Of a stretch of DNA of 64,000 nucleotides, positions 56,560 through 64,000 are shown in pieces. The position numbers and the translations under genes were made by a program. The DNA lies in the IMG/VR virus record IMGVR_UViG_3300037132_000276, positions 1 to 64,000 of that record. One strand, 5' to 3'. The stretch's first letter is position 1. Every line of letters starts with the position of its first letter. Source of the DNA: a virus. Below the pieces are notes generated by a model. That model was given only the letters and a program-made list of their open reading frames with translations. It was not told the DNA's origin and ran no database searches.

Positions 56560-56595
56560 TGGCTTTTGGTGTGAATTATGCAAAAACTATTGAGT
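56560..56595 (-). promoter_or_regulatory. Repeated late-region element, copy 2
   Basis: Identical to 45467-45502, upstream of the tail gene block. Confidence 0.65.
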
Positions 56596-56742
56596 TGTGG
56601 AGTAAATGTGTTTTAATAAAAAGGTAACGACCCGAAGCTTTTATCGAGAAGCTACCATATTGGTTTGGGAGGAACCCAAACCGTTGGGTTGTATGTGCAC
56701 CCGAAAATTAAACATCTTTAAAATAACATGCAATAGCTTTTC

Positions 56743-57660
56743 TTAATTTGCATTTGGTAATATCCTTGCTATATCTTTTTTGGCGGCTTCGGCTAACATC
56801 ATTTGGACACTTTGCTTGGTGCTATCATATGTTTCACCTAAAATTCTCAGGGCTTCAACCTTTGGGTGGACCCATCCATCGGAATCCTCTGTCATAACCC
56901 TGAATGTCATATATAAGCTGTGCTGCGTTTTGTTGCTCGTTTCGTTCATAGATCCAAACTTGCCAAAATCAAATTTTTCTCGGTTAATATTTGGATTGGT
57001 TTCGAATCTTACCATATTTTTATAGATGCTGCCATCTTCCAACTCTGCGCCTTTAATATGAGTTAATTTATCGCCCCATAAATAGCCATTTTTTTGAACT
57101 CGCTTGGGGTTATTCCTTCTCAACAAGTCTGCATCTGCTATGGTCGTTGCCTGTCGTATGCTCCCCTCGTTATATTTATTAGATACAATGCTGGGCTTTA
57201 ATCTTACGGCTTCGCTGTAAACTTCTTGCGGCATTTCTCGTTTACTCTTAGCGCCCGGCGTTCCATGTTCAAAAGGAATAATCAAATATCGCTTGCCGTC
57301 TTTACTTATCCGCACTTTATCGCTTGTCTGTAAAGCTTTTTTCATGTCAAAGAGCTGGAAACCAGACTCTAAGTACTTCGCATAATCTTTTGTGTGCTCA
57401 ATTCTATAATAAAGTGGATCGCCCTGATATGGATATTTAATCCCTTCGACTATACCGCGAGCATAACCGCCTTCCGAATGCTTGAACTTACTTGCGGCAA
57501 CATTAAGCCAACTTTGCGTTACGTGATCACCAGCAACATGAATGGCTTCCTGCAGATAACTTCCATTCTTATCAAGTTCTTGTTCATAACGTCGCTGGAT
57601 CTCTCTTACGAGTTCGTTTAATGCAGAATAATCAAGGTCGTAAACAATTTCATAATTCAT
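56743..57660 (-). CDS. Neck/head-tail joining protein
   Basis: YAKYLESG..FDMK, DGKRYLIIPF.HGTPG, YMTFRV, GWVHP motifs of myovirus neck-region proteins. Confidence 0.7.
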   Translation of the reverse strand: MNYEIVYDLDYSALNELVREIQRRYEQELDKNGSYLQEAIHVAGDHVTQSWLNVAASKFKHSEGGYARGIVEGIKYPYQGDPLYYRIEHTKDYAKYLESGFQLFDMKKALQTSDKVRISKDGKRYLIIPFEHGTPGAKSKREMPQEVYSEAVRLKPSIVSNKYNEGSIRQATTIADADLLRRNNPKRVQKNGYLWGDKLTHIKGAELEDGSIYKNMVRFETNPNINREKFDFGKFGSMNETSNKTQHSLYMTFRVMTEDSDGWVHPKVEALRILGETYDSTKQSVQMMLAEAAKKDIARILPNAN

Positions 57661-60600
57661 TATTTTTTGTCCGGATCCTTGTCGGCAATGTTTTTCTTTG
57701 GATTTAAGATGGAATTAAAATCAGTCCCGCTTTCTTCTTCCGGAGAAAACTTATCTCCAAAATCTTTTTCAAATTTAGCCTCGCCTTCGGGGGTAAGTAT
57801 CATATTCTCGTCAATTAACCCATGCATACAGAGTAATCCAAGTTCAAAAAAGTCCTGTTCCGGATCCAGCTCATGATCTTCGGGGAATCCCGCCAACATT
57901 TTTATTTTTTCGCCATCAGTCAACGTCCCATTGCCCTTATCTACATTGTCCCCTGATTTATCCGGTTTGCCTAATGGTAAAGATTTTTCAATTTTTCCAG
58001 AACCTATTTTGTGAAATTCTTTATGAACATCGGGATGATGTATTTTCTCTCTTCCGTCAATTTTCTGATAGAATAGTTTTACACCTTCACCTAATGGAGC
58101 AGAGTTATCAAAAACGTCGAAATTGTCAAAGTCCTCTTTCAGCTGGAAAAATGCTTTGTGGGTCTGGTAATCACCGAACTCCTTTTTATATAAATCTGTC
58201 CCTATTGATCTTCCTCCATGTTGACCCCTCGCTTTGTCCCTTTCAATTCCGCTTTTAAGTGGAATATGAATAAATTTTGCATTTATCTGAAAAGTGTCAT
58301 ACTTCACGATTTCAAGTAGATCTCTAAGATTTTCCTCTCCCTTCATCGTGGTATCATAAACAACATCTTTCCCCTCTCTTACCGCCTCACGAATTAAATG
58401 TTTTGCTATTACCGAACTATCCTCATGAAGCTCCCACGGTTTTTTGTCGACCTCTTCTTTCCCGATTCCACGCTCATCGGCAATCATGTATTTAATAGCA
58501 TCCGGATCTATTACCACTTTATTTTGATTGAAAGAATGTCCCAATACCGAACTTTTGCCGCTACCGGGGAGCCCACCGGTAATATATAGCTGACCTATGC
58601 CATCACCCGCCTCGCTAAATAGTTTTTTCTTAATCGAACTGTACTCGGGTATTGCTTCGGCTACGACCTTCAACTTTAACGAGAATTCCGTTTCTCTTAA
58701 AGCATTCGGCTTTTTGGCACAATCCTCTGCCGCCTTAGCCAAATCCGGCGAAGCAAATTGTAATTCTTTCGGGCATGGATCGTTGTCCCCTTTTTTTATT
58801 TTAATACGAACGAAGAAGTTTTCACGATCAATATCGGATTTGTCCGGCATCTCCCCATCAACCGCATAACCTTTATCTTTCAATTCGCCAATAACTCTAT
58901 TGATTTTATAAGGACTACTTATAGCAAACGCCCCAATTAAAGCACTATTGGGTGCCTCCTCCCCATATTTATCGGCATTTCTTCTGATTTCCTTAAATAA
59001 AGCATCCTGTTTCTTAATTATTTTGTTGTTATTGCTAAATTCTAAATTTAAGGCATTTGCGACATCTTCAAGATCACGGAAAAACCAACTTTTTTGCCCC
59101 TTACCCAAATCAGCAAAATCCTCTGCTTTTTCATTATATCTATTATAATTTCTCATTTTCTCTAACGATTTTGCGCGTTCGGCGTTTTCTTTGGCCCGCT
59201 CCATTTCAACGGGGATTGATTGATCCTGACTTTTTTCCTCGGTTGAAATAGTAATGTTCTTATCAGAAAAATTATATTGAACTCCGCCCTCCATCGCTAA
59301 AACGGATTGATTTTTAGGAACGTTAATTACAGAATCAAATCCATTTTTTTCTTTAAGGAATAGCGAATAATTTCCATCGCTATTTTCATTAATGAGCTGG
59401 AAAGTGCCTTCATCTAAAAGATTACCGTCGTTATCGGTTACAAAAGCTTTGTTGCCAAGCTTATCCTGCAGCATGTCATAACTTTGTGCCGGCGTTATAG
59501 TCTTCCCCTTGCTTTTTTCTTCCGGCTGATTATTATTTTGACCCCCGGATTCTTTTTTGTTGAGAAATCTCCAGTGGGCGCCTTTGCCTTTTTCGTCGCG
59601 TTTTAATTGAAGCGTTCCGCCTTTCCCTTCTTTGGTTTGACCTTCCTTAGAATATGGTTCTTCAAATAAAGAAACTTGGGCCCCAAATGCTTTTACAAAG
59701 TTCTTAAAAATGCTTTTCATATATTCCGCCTTTTTCTCAAACACTCGCTCTGCAACTGCACTTTTCCAATTCAGACTTGCGCCGGTACCGTTTTTTATCG
59801 AAAGGCAATCAAATAAACCAATGTCTTTTATTTTCAGTTGTTCGGAGATTGAATTAAGTTTTTGTCTGAATATCACATCTTCAAAATCTTTATTTGTCAT
59901 CACGATTGAATTAACTCCGCCGCTTCTTCCGACTAACACCGCAATTTCATCAGCTGTTTCTTTTGAATTGTCAAGAGAGGAAGTGAGGTTAAACCTGCCG
60001 ACAATTGAGTTACGAGAATTCAGAGACAATACCTGTGCTTTGTCCCCTAGAGTAAATCTACCCTTATAAACAAATTCAACAATATCTTCGGGGGTATGAA
60101 TATTATTTTGAGAGATGGTGGCGTTTTTATTGAAAATTTGCCTGCTGAATCGAAAAGCTTTTAAATTTTTAGCATTTTTCCCATGTTCTGTATTTGTCAA
60201 TTGTCCATGTCCCCAAGCTGAGCCATGCGGTTCGAAAAAGCCATAACTACCTTCTCGCGCATCAATTATTACCGCGGGCATCATTACAACATCTTTAGGC
60301 AGCCCATCTTTTATCTTTAACCATATATTTTGGTCTTCATTTGATGGATCAAGATTCCCGCTTGGATGGTTATGTACGAAATGAAGCTTGGTTGTTCCAA
60401 ATCTATTAATTGCATCCCATATTTGACTAGGGGAAACCAAAGAAGAATTGAAATTTCCGGTTGAAATATGCTGAACAATTATCCCATGCTTTTCGGTCTC
60501 GTGGGCTACAAAACAATGCTCTACCGCCTCATCCTGCAGCTGATTAAAAATATAAGCAACATCATCCGCCGTTTTTATCGTTTCATGCGCTGCATAAAAT

Positions 60601-61433
60601 TTTAGCTCTTTATAAGCTTTATATTTACGCTCAAAAACAGATTCCTCGCCTTCCTGTAGCGGCCGATAGCTTAATGGTAGGCTTTGCCTAATCCAATCTT
60701 TTATTTTTGGATTAGGTTTAATGACTGCCTGTTTCTTTTTATCAACCTCCAATAATTTGGCGTGCTTTTTTTTAACCGCTTCATAAAGTTCGTGACTATA
60801 ATTTGCGGAATCCCCATTGTTTACATCTTCAAGATATTGCTCCATTTCATACATCGTCATTCTCGCCGCAACATCTTCCGGTTTTGTCGAAACTTCTATA
60901 CTCGCCAAGCCTGCAAGGGCTGAATTCTTTTTCTGGTTAATCTTTTTTGGTTTGTGGATATTGACTTTATTTTCTTTTTTGCCAATTTCTTCAATTGCTC
61001 CTTCAATCATATTATCAACAATCGATTTCACTCCTTCAATATCTTCATCAGTAATTTTTTCATGTTTATTTATTTTTTCAACAAATGTTTGTTTGATATG
61101 GTCGCATATATTCCAAAGATCGTCGGCGATTCTTTTGCCATCAGCACTATGAACATTATTAAGAATTTCTTGCGCCTTTTTACTTAATCTATCAACATGT
61201 TCAGAAACCGGACTATCTGAATATTCCTTTATAATTTTTTCGTCTCTGTCTTCTTCTTTATCCGCGTTTTTCCAACGCAACTTACCGCTACCGACAATCT
61301 CCAATTTACGTTTATCTCCTGGCGCAAACTCTTTTTCTGCTCCTGCAATCGGTTTGCCAAAAATATTAATTTGTGCGGGATCGTTGCCCTTAATGGCCTT
61401 TGAAAGAGTTACGGGTTTGCTAAATATTTTCAT
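57660..61433 (-). CDS. Polyvalent protein: RadC/JAB domain, degenerate second JAB, zeta-toxin-like P-loop kinase, C-terminal small domain
   Basis: E..HFVHNHPSGNLDPSNED (JAB, H354/H356); GGLPGSGKS (953-961), IDPDAIK, VYDTT, RGQHGGR, FDNS. Confidence 0.88.
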   Translation of the reverse strand: MKIFSKPVTLSKAIKGNDPAQINIFGKPIAGAEKEFAPGDKRKLEIVGSGKLRWKNADKEEDRDEKIIKEYSDSPVSEHVDRLSKKAQEILNNVHSADGKRIADDLWNICDHIKQTFVEKINKHEKITDEDIEGVKSIVDNMIEGAIEEIGKKENKVNIHKPKKINQKKNSALAGLASIEVSTKPEDVAARMTMYEMEQYLEDVNNGDSANYSHELYEAVKKKHAKLLEVDKKKQAVIKPNPKIKDWIRQSLPLSYRPLQEGEESVFERKYKAYKELKFYAAHETIKTADDVAYIFNQLQDEAVEHCFVAHETEKHGIIVQHISTGNFNSSLVSPSQIWDAINRFGTTKLHFVHNHPSGNLDPSNEDQNIWLKIKDGLPKDVVMMPAVIIDAREGSYGFFEPHGSAWGHGQLTNTEHGKNAKNLKAFRFSRQIFNKNATISQNNIHTPEDIVEFVYKGRFTLGDKAQVLSLNSRNSIVGRFNLTSSLDNSKETADEIAVLVGRSGGVNSIVMTNKDFEDVIFRQKLNSISEQLKIKDIGLFDCLSIKNGTGASLNWKSAVAERVFEKKAEYMKSIFKNFVKAFGAQVSLFEEPYSKEGQTKEGKGGTLQLKRDEKGKGAHWRFLNKKESGGQNNNQPEEKSKGKTITPAQSYDMLQDKLGNKAFVTDNDGNLLDEGTFQLINENSDGNYSLFLKEKNGFDSVINVPKNQSVLAMEGGVQYNFSDKNITISTEEKSQDQSIPVEMERAKENAERAKSLEKMRNYNRYNEKAEDFADLGKGQKSWFFRDLEDVANALNLEFSNNNKIIKKQDALFKEIRRNADKYGEEAPNSALIGAFAISSPYKINRVIGELKDKGYAVDGEMPDKSDIDRENFFVRIKIKKGDNDPCPKELQFASPDLAKAAEDCAKKPNALRETEFSLKLKVVAEAIPEYSSIKKKLFSEAGDGIGQLYITGGLPGSGKSSVLGHSFNQNKVVIDPDAIKYMIADERGIGKEEVDKKPWELHEDSSVIAKHLIREAVREGKDVVYDTTMKGEENLRDLLEIVKYDTFQINAKFIHIPLKSGIERDKARGQHGGRSIGTDLYKKEFGDYQTHKAFFQLKEDFDNFDVFDNSAPLGEGVKLFYQKIDGREKIHHPDVHKEFHKIGSGKIEKSLPLGKPDKSGDNVDKGNGTLTDGEKIKMLAGFPEDHELDPEQDFFELGLLCMHGLIDENMILTPEGEAKFEKDFGDKFSPEEESGTDFNSILNPKKNIADKDPDKK

Positions 61434-62164
61434 TGGTAGATTTCCTGGTTTAGGTTTATTCCCGCGTCATAAGCTGTTTTTTCCGGATTGGTAAATCTTC
61501 TTAAAACACATTTAATTTTTCTCGGTAATTCGTCGGTATCCGTTCCCCGGTCCATTGCCGCTTCATCCCAAACTTTAAATTGATGTAAGCAGGTAAATTC
61601 TACGGCATATGTTTCGCTGTTTGCTGGACCAAGTTGATTATTATGCTCATCAAGTAGCCAGCTGATAACCGTTAGCTTGCCCGCATCAAAAGTTTGTTCA
61701 CTTGCCTCATAGTCAACTCCGGAAACATATATTGTAGTCCCCTGGGAAACGGTTAATATATCCTTGACATCAAAAGCGTAAATTTTGTCCCTTACGCCGC
61801 GCCTTAGAATGTCTGTATTCCTGCGGATCTTGGTCAACGATGCAAGTACGTCACCGTGGGCAAGCGTTGTCCAGGCTCTTTGCTCGGCTCCGTCCAAATC
61901 GAATTTCGGGACGGTAAACTGCGCGCCGCCCTGAAAAATTACTCCCTGCTGACTATTGAGGAATTTCTCATTGAATTGTGTTTTAATAACAGAAATAGTT
62001 TCCGGACTTCCGAAATAAAACCCATGATTACAGGTGTGGTTAGGTAAAAAGCTCCCGTTATTGTCCTCGACACAATTGCATAATCTGGCAGGATAATATT
62101 TATAGGTCTGTTTAAACCTGCTTAATAAATTTCTGATCCGACTATCGATTACTCTTAATCCCAT
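61430..62164 (-). CDS. Neck/head closure-type protein
   Basis: CNC...TCNHGFYF N-terminus, GVDY; position in neck cluster. Confidence 0.6.
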   Translation of the reverse strand: MGLRVIDSRIRNLLSRFKQTYKYYPARLCNCVEDNNGSFLPNHTCNHGFYFGSPETISVIKTQFNEKFLNSQQGVIFQGGAQFTVPKFDLDGAEQRAWTTLAHGDVLASLTKIRRNTDILRRGVRDKIYAFDVKDILTVSQGTTIYVSGVDYEASEQTFDAGKLTVISWLLDEHNNQLGPANSETYAVEFTCLHQFKVWDEAAMDRGTDTDELPRKIKCVLRRFTNPEKTAYDAGINLNQEIYQ

Positions 62165-62182
62165 TGCAGCCTCTTAGATGGG

Positions 62183-63256
62183 TTATACGACTACGGCGTC
62201 AAGTCCCTTGCCGTATTTTCTCTGCAAAGACTTGATAAATTGATCTTCATCCTTTTTCAGATCTTCAACTATCTTATCGGTTTTGAAGGTTTTTGCGGTT
62301 TGAACTCCATCTATGCTCTCGCTTTCGCTTGCATTACGTTTGCGCGGATCTATAAAATTAAGCAGCGATAAATAGGCTTTCTTTGCAACTGCGACCCTTA
62401 TGCTTTCTTTTTCTATTGGATCTGCGTCCGGACGGAATAATCCGGAAGAATAGGTGACGACAAACATATTTGGAATACGCTCAAAATTACCGCCTCTCAT
62501 GATTGATATTCCCATTGCGGAAATGTTATTTATAAGCAGGGTATAAATTGCTGAAGTATCGCCGCCAGGTAATGGCAAAAATTCCAGAATCCCCATATTA
62601 TTATCATAAGTAAAATATTCTTTCCCGATATTTGCGATCTGGGCAGTTCCATACATAATCTTTATATCTATCAGCTCTATAATCGGCGGGTACCATAGCT
62701 GCATCTGCCAAAGATGCATTGAGAATCGTTCAAAATAATTATCCCGTTTTTCGACAAGGGTTCTGGGAGTAAAATATAATTCACAATCTCGCTCAAGATC
62801 TCCCTGGGCGGCCATTAAAAAGCTTTTTAATCCGGATTTGTCGGCTATATAATTATTGACCGCATCTTCATAGTCAAGATCCAGTTTACTTTTTGTGGCT
62901 AAAATAAAATCTATAAAATATTGAACCGGTACTATCTCCGCTGTGGGAGTAAGGGAGTTTGATAATAGCTGTGCATCTTCGGGATAATAATTGTCATCTA
63001 TATCGGCATCGGTCGAATAGAAAAATAATCTTATATATTGGGGGACTGTATCCGTGCTAATGGTTAATGCGGCAGTTCCATATAAATGGCTAGTGCTATC
63101 ACAGGTAAGCGGGACTTCTGAAAGTGTATGATCTTGACTGTCTTTTAGTGGAATACCATCTTCGCCGATTAGCGTCACATACACATGTTTTCCACTCGCG
63201 ATCGCTGTCTGATCCAGAACGATTGATTTTGATACTCCGATTAAGATTTTTTTCAT
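62183..63256 (-). CDS. Head-tail adaptor-type protein
   Basis: IPNMF.VTY.SG, SESIDGV motifs. Confidence 0.65.
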   Translation of the reverse strand: MKKILIGVSKSIVLDQTAIASGKHVYVTLIGEDGIPLKDSQDHTLSEVPLTCDSTSHLYGTAALTISTDTVPQYIRLFFYSTDADIDDNYYPEDAQLLSNSLTPTAEIVPVQYFIDFILATKSKLDLDYEDAVNNYIADKSGLKSFLMAAQGDLERDCELYFTPRTLVEKRDNYFERFSMHLWQMQLWYPPIIELIDIKIMYGTAQIANIGKEYFTYDNNMGILEFLPLPGGDTSAIYTLLINNISAMGISIMRGGNFERIPNMFVVTYSSGLFRPDADPIEKESIRVAVAKKAYLSLLNFIDPRKRNASESESIDGVQTAKTFKTDKIVEDLKKDEDQFIKSLQRKYGKGLDAVVV

Positions 63257-63792
63257 AATACATAGGGACTTAATTTAAAATTAGCATCTGAATAAAGATG
63301 TGTTTCCGAATTTCGCCGCTTGACTAATCCAAGAAGCACAACATAAATACCATTAACTTTTGCTTTATTGTATTGCTTTAGTTTAATTATCACAACATTT
63401 GTGTTGCCGGTATTCACCGCGTTTCGTAAAACAGGATTATCATATTTGCCGCTGAGCCGATATCCAACATTGAAAGTGAAGGCGACCATCGCATCAAACT
63501 CATGCCATTTCAAATTTCTACTAATCGTACGGTCAACATATTTTTCAAATCTATATAAATCTTTTATCAGCAATTGCTCGCCCTGGGATTTGGTGATTAT
63601 TTCATTCTTAAATACATCTTTCCCGGTATGCCCATAACCAATCGTGAGCACATTTGCCGGACATCGATAACTTTTTGCTTGAAATCCTTCATAATACTTT
63701 ATTAACCCAACTCCAACCGAGGTTGTTTGTGGTAATGCGGCAGAAACAAAAATCAAAAGCAATAGCAGCAATATTTTGCTAAAGGATTTCAT
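63253..63792 (-). CDS. Endolysin, glycoside hydrolase family 24 lysozyme with N-terminal signal/SAR segment
   Basis: LIK.YEG...Y.CPA.VLTIGYGHT, FDA.V.F.FNVG, GLVKRRNSE. Confidence 0.93.
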   Translation of the reverse strand: MKSFSKILLLLLLIFVSAALPQTTSVGVGLIKYYEGFQAKSYRCPANVLTIGYGHTGKDVFKNEIITKSQGEQLLIKDLYRFEKYVDRTISRNLKWHEFDAMVAFTFNVGYRLSGKYDNPVLRNAVNTGNTNVVIIKLKQYNKAKVNGIYVVLLGLVKRRNSETHLYSDANFKLSPYVL

Positions 63793-64000
63793 GCGGAGAG
63801 GACTATCCAGGTTACTACCGAGACAATTATTGTTGCTGAATAAAGTGCAGCGGTGAGCACTCGCATCCGATCGCCGTCTGGGGCAATAATATTGCCAGTC
63901 TTTTTCGTAAAATCAATTGTGGTAAATAGCCATTGCATTAACCATGCGAGCAAACTTATGATTGTCCCTAAGAATGCAGCAAGAACAATTATTTTTATCA
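63789..64000 (-). CDS. Probable holin (partial, begins beyond right edge)
   Basis: Open frame IKIIVLAAFLGTIISLLAWLMQWLF...IIVSVVTWIVLSA with two TM helices; ATGA overlap with endolysin. Confidence 0.6.
   Translation of the reverse strand, partial: IKIIVLAAFLGTIISLLAWLMQWLFTTIDFTKKTGNIIAPDGDRMRVLTAALYSATIIVSVVTWIVLSA

Larger units (their letters stand above)
1..64000. mobile_element. Temperate myovirus-type phage genome segment, probably excised/circular form
   Basis: Terminase, sheath, tube, tape measure, baseplate J, endolysin, repressor and integrase genes are present; attP is intact and internal; no host housekeeping genes. Confidence 0.97.

Noticed and set aside
1278-63637. Numerous short plus-strand and nested ORFs in the track (e.g. 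12813, 47516, 50949, 53779, 59710)
   Set aside because: They lie antisense or out of frame within long, motif-bearing minus-strand genes and show no recognisable motifs.
38624-63792. Second DGR target (additional VR)
   Set aside because: No other match to the TR core was seen by eye in the window; a remote target outside the window cannot be excluded.
1-64000. Stop-codon reassignment or integrated prophage boundaries
   Set aside because: Genes tile densely under the standard code with TAA, TGA and TAG all used as stops; no host genes or separated attL/attR are present.

Overview
The whole window is part of one AT-rich, temperate, contractile-tailed phage genome with no host genes visible. 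An intact attP lies in the middle (3' half of tRNA-Glu(TTC), 33201-33246, beside the integrase), so this looks like the excised or circular form. Left half, minus strand, driven from a perfect TTGACA-N17-TATAAT promoter at 28766-28794: early regulatory, recombination and replication genes (SbcC/SbcD-like pair, SF2 helicase, SSB, HerA-like ATPase, DUF1376-like initiator, HNH and GIY-YIG nucleases, a papain-like protease), running into the small and large terminase genes. Centre, plus strand: repressor, a membrane/TPR cargo gene, a serine-recombinase DNA-binding module with no catalytic domain, and a tyrosine integrase. Right half, minus strand: holin/endolysin, neck genes, sheath, tube, a frameshifted chaperone, tape measure, baseplate, fibres and a complete diversity-generating retroelement (DGR; 17 of 17 TR/VR mismatches fall at TR adenines). 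Most novel observation: a 1257-aa late protein among the neck genes carries RadC/JAB domains, a zeta-toxin-like kinase and a short C-terminal domain. That C-terminal domain recurs (20/33 aa identical, mostly with different codons) as an unannotated 58-aa gene near the start of the early operon, which suggests a virion-delivered toxin with an early-expressed antidote (hypothesis). Also notable: an oriented intergenic motif at 7-8 gene junctions, and a 63-aa module shared by a baseplate protein and the gene upstream of the DGR target. All functional calls come from motif reading, with no database searches.
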